Of a stretch of DNA of 64,000 nt, positions 63,250 to 64,000 are shown piece after piece (position 1 is the stretch's first letter; every line of letters begins with the position of its first letter). Under the pieces are notes generated by a model that saw only the letters and a program-made list of their open reading frames with translations, had not been told where the DNA came from and ran no database searches. The DNA comes from Isurus oxyrinchus. Lineage: Eukaryota. The stretch lies in the NCBI GenBank assembly GCA_026770705.1, contig JANJGN010000015.1, positions 81,468,001 to 81,532,000 of the forward strand. Direction: 5' to 3'. The position numbers were made by a program, and so were the translations under genes.

Positions 63250-63620
63250 AAGACGAGCAGGGAGTCTGGGCACTGTGACGGAGCGGCCGACACGGAGCCT
63301 GCGCACTGTGACGGAACGGCCGACACGGAGCCTGCGCACTGTGACCGAGCAGTCGGGGCCTCGCCCGTTGCTCCTACGTGACTGCAGAAAGTGGTGCTTC
63401 CGGTTGAGAGGTGCAGGCGGCCGGAAGTGGAGAGAGGCTGGATGCCGGCTGTTTGTTGGCTTGGAGATGCTCGAGATTTGGGAGCGGAGGAGAGGGGGAG
63501 CCGGAGGGAGAGTCAGCTGGGACAGGTCAGTGTGGGGAAAGGGGGAGCCGGGACAGGTCAATGTGCGGGGAGTACCTAGTCGGTATCGTGGCTAGACCCA
63601 ACCCGCAGCTATTCGACTGT
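63250..63620. promoter_or_regulatory. CpG-rich candidate promoter with opposed ETS sites and a possible first exon on +
   Basis: High CpG density; gcttccgg (63396-63403) and ccggaagtg (63421-63429); donor-like CAG|gtcagt at 63526. Confidence 0.6.
63270..63350. repeat. 33-bp tandem repeat, about 2.4 copies
   Basis: cactgtgac recurs at 63271, 63304 and 63337. Confidence 0.9.
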
Positions 63621-64000
63621 AGAACCCTCACAGCTGCCCCATTATATGGAGATTCAGCTGAATTCTCTCATGATCACAATGGTTGTTTTGTTTTTAATCC
63701 CTGTTTGGAGCAGTGGTTAAAAGGATTAATTCAGTATAGAGGCCTCCTATCTATAGGTGTAACATCGGCCCATTTTCACTTGTTTAAAAGGTTTGCTGCT
63801 GCATTGCCTCTAAGACATGTTTTCACACAGCTCGAAAGGCCAGTGAGAACATTTAGTGGATCAATGTCTTCCATTAAAACAGTTTAGTGCAGTTGAGACT
63901 TCCCTTTAATCCAAAGGAGCACACCGTTGTGCCATCGTATTGTGCTTCACGTTTTATTTGACTTGTGTAAATGGTAAGTTTATACAAAGAGTCTGAAAGC

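Overview
Repeat-dense vertebrate DNA, almost certainly from a shark or other cartilaginous fish (inferred from the CR1, DeuSINE, Penelope and Harbinger content). No intact host protein-coding gene can be called with confidence. Most of the window is nested, decayed mobile elements: CR1, L2, RTE and Tx1 LINEs, tRNA SINEs, Harbinger, hAT and Tigger DNA transposons, and Gypsy/Copia LTR elements. Highlights: (1) a fragmented endogenous foamy-virus-like pol (about 3.2-7.4 kb) whose integrase matches spumavirus motifs from the HHCC region to the C-terminal domain; (2) a structurally complete GalEa-type Copia element (50144-55344) with LTRs, tRNA-iMet PBS, PPT and a 5-bp TSD; (3) a Gmr1-type Gypsy element with integrase upstream of RT; (4) eight Penelope-like insertions, several of them fold-back hairpins, most with 11-16 bp TSDs and a variant minimal hammerhead ribozyme; (5) a LINE whose 5' end is a tRNA-SINE, with the matching SINE apparently its internal-deletion derivative; (6) a CpG-rich, ETS-containing candidate promoter near 63.4 kb and a few candidate minus-strand exons. 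All family assignments come from motifs recognised by eye, and many boundaries are approximate.
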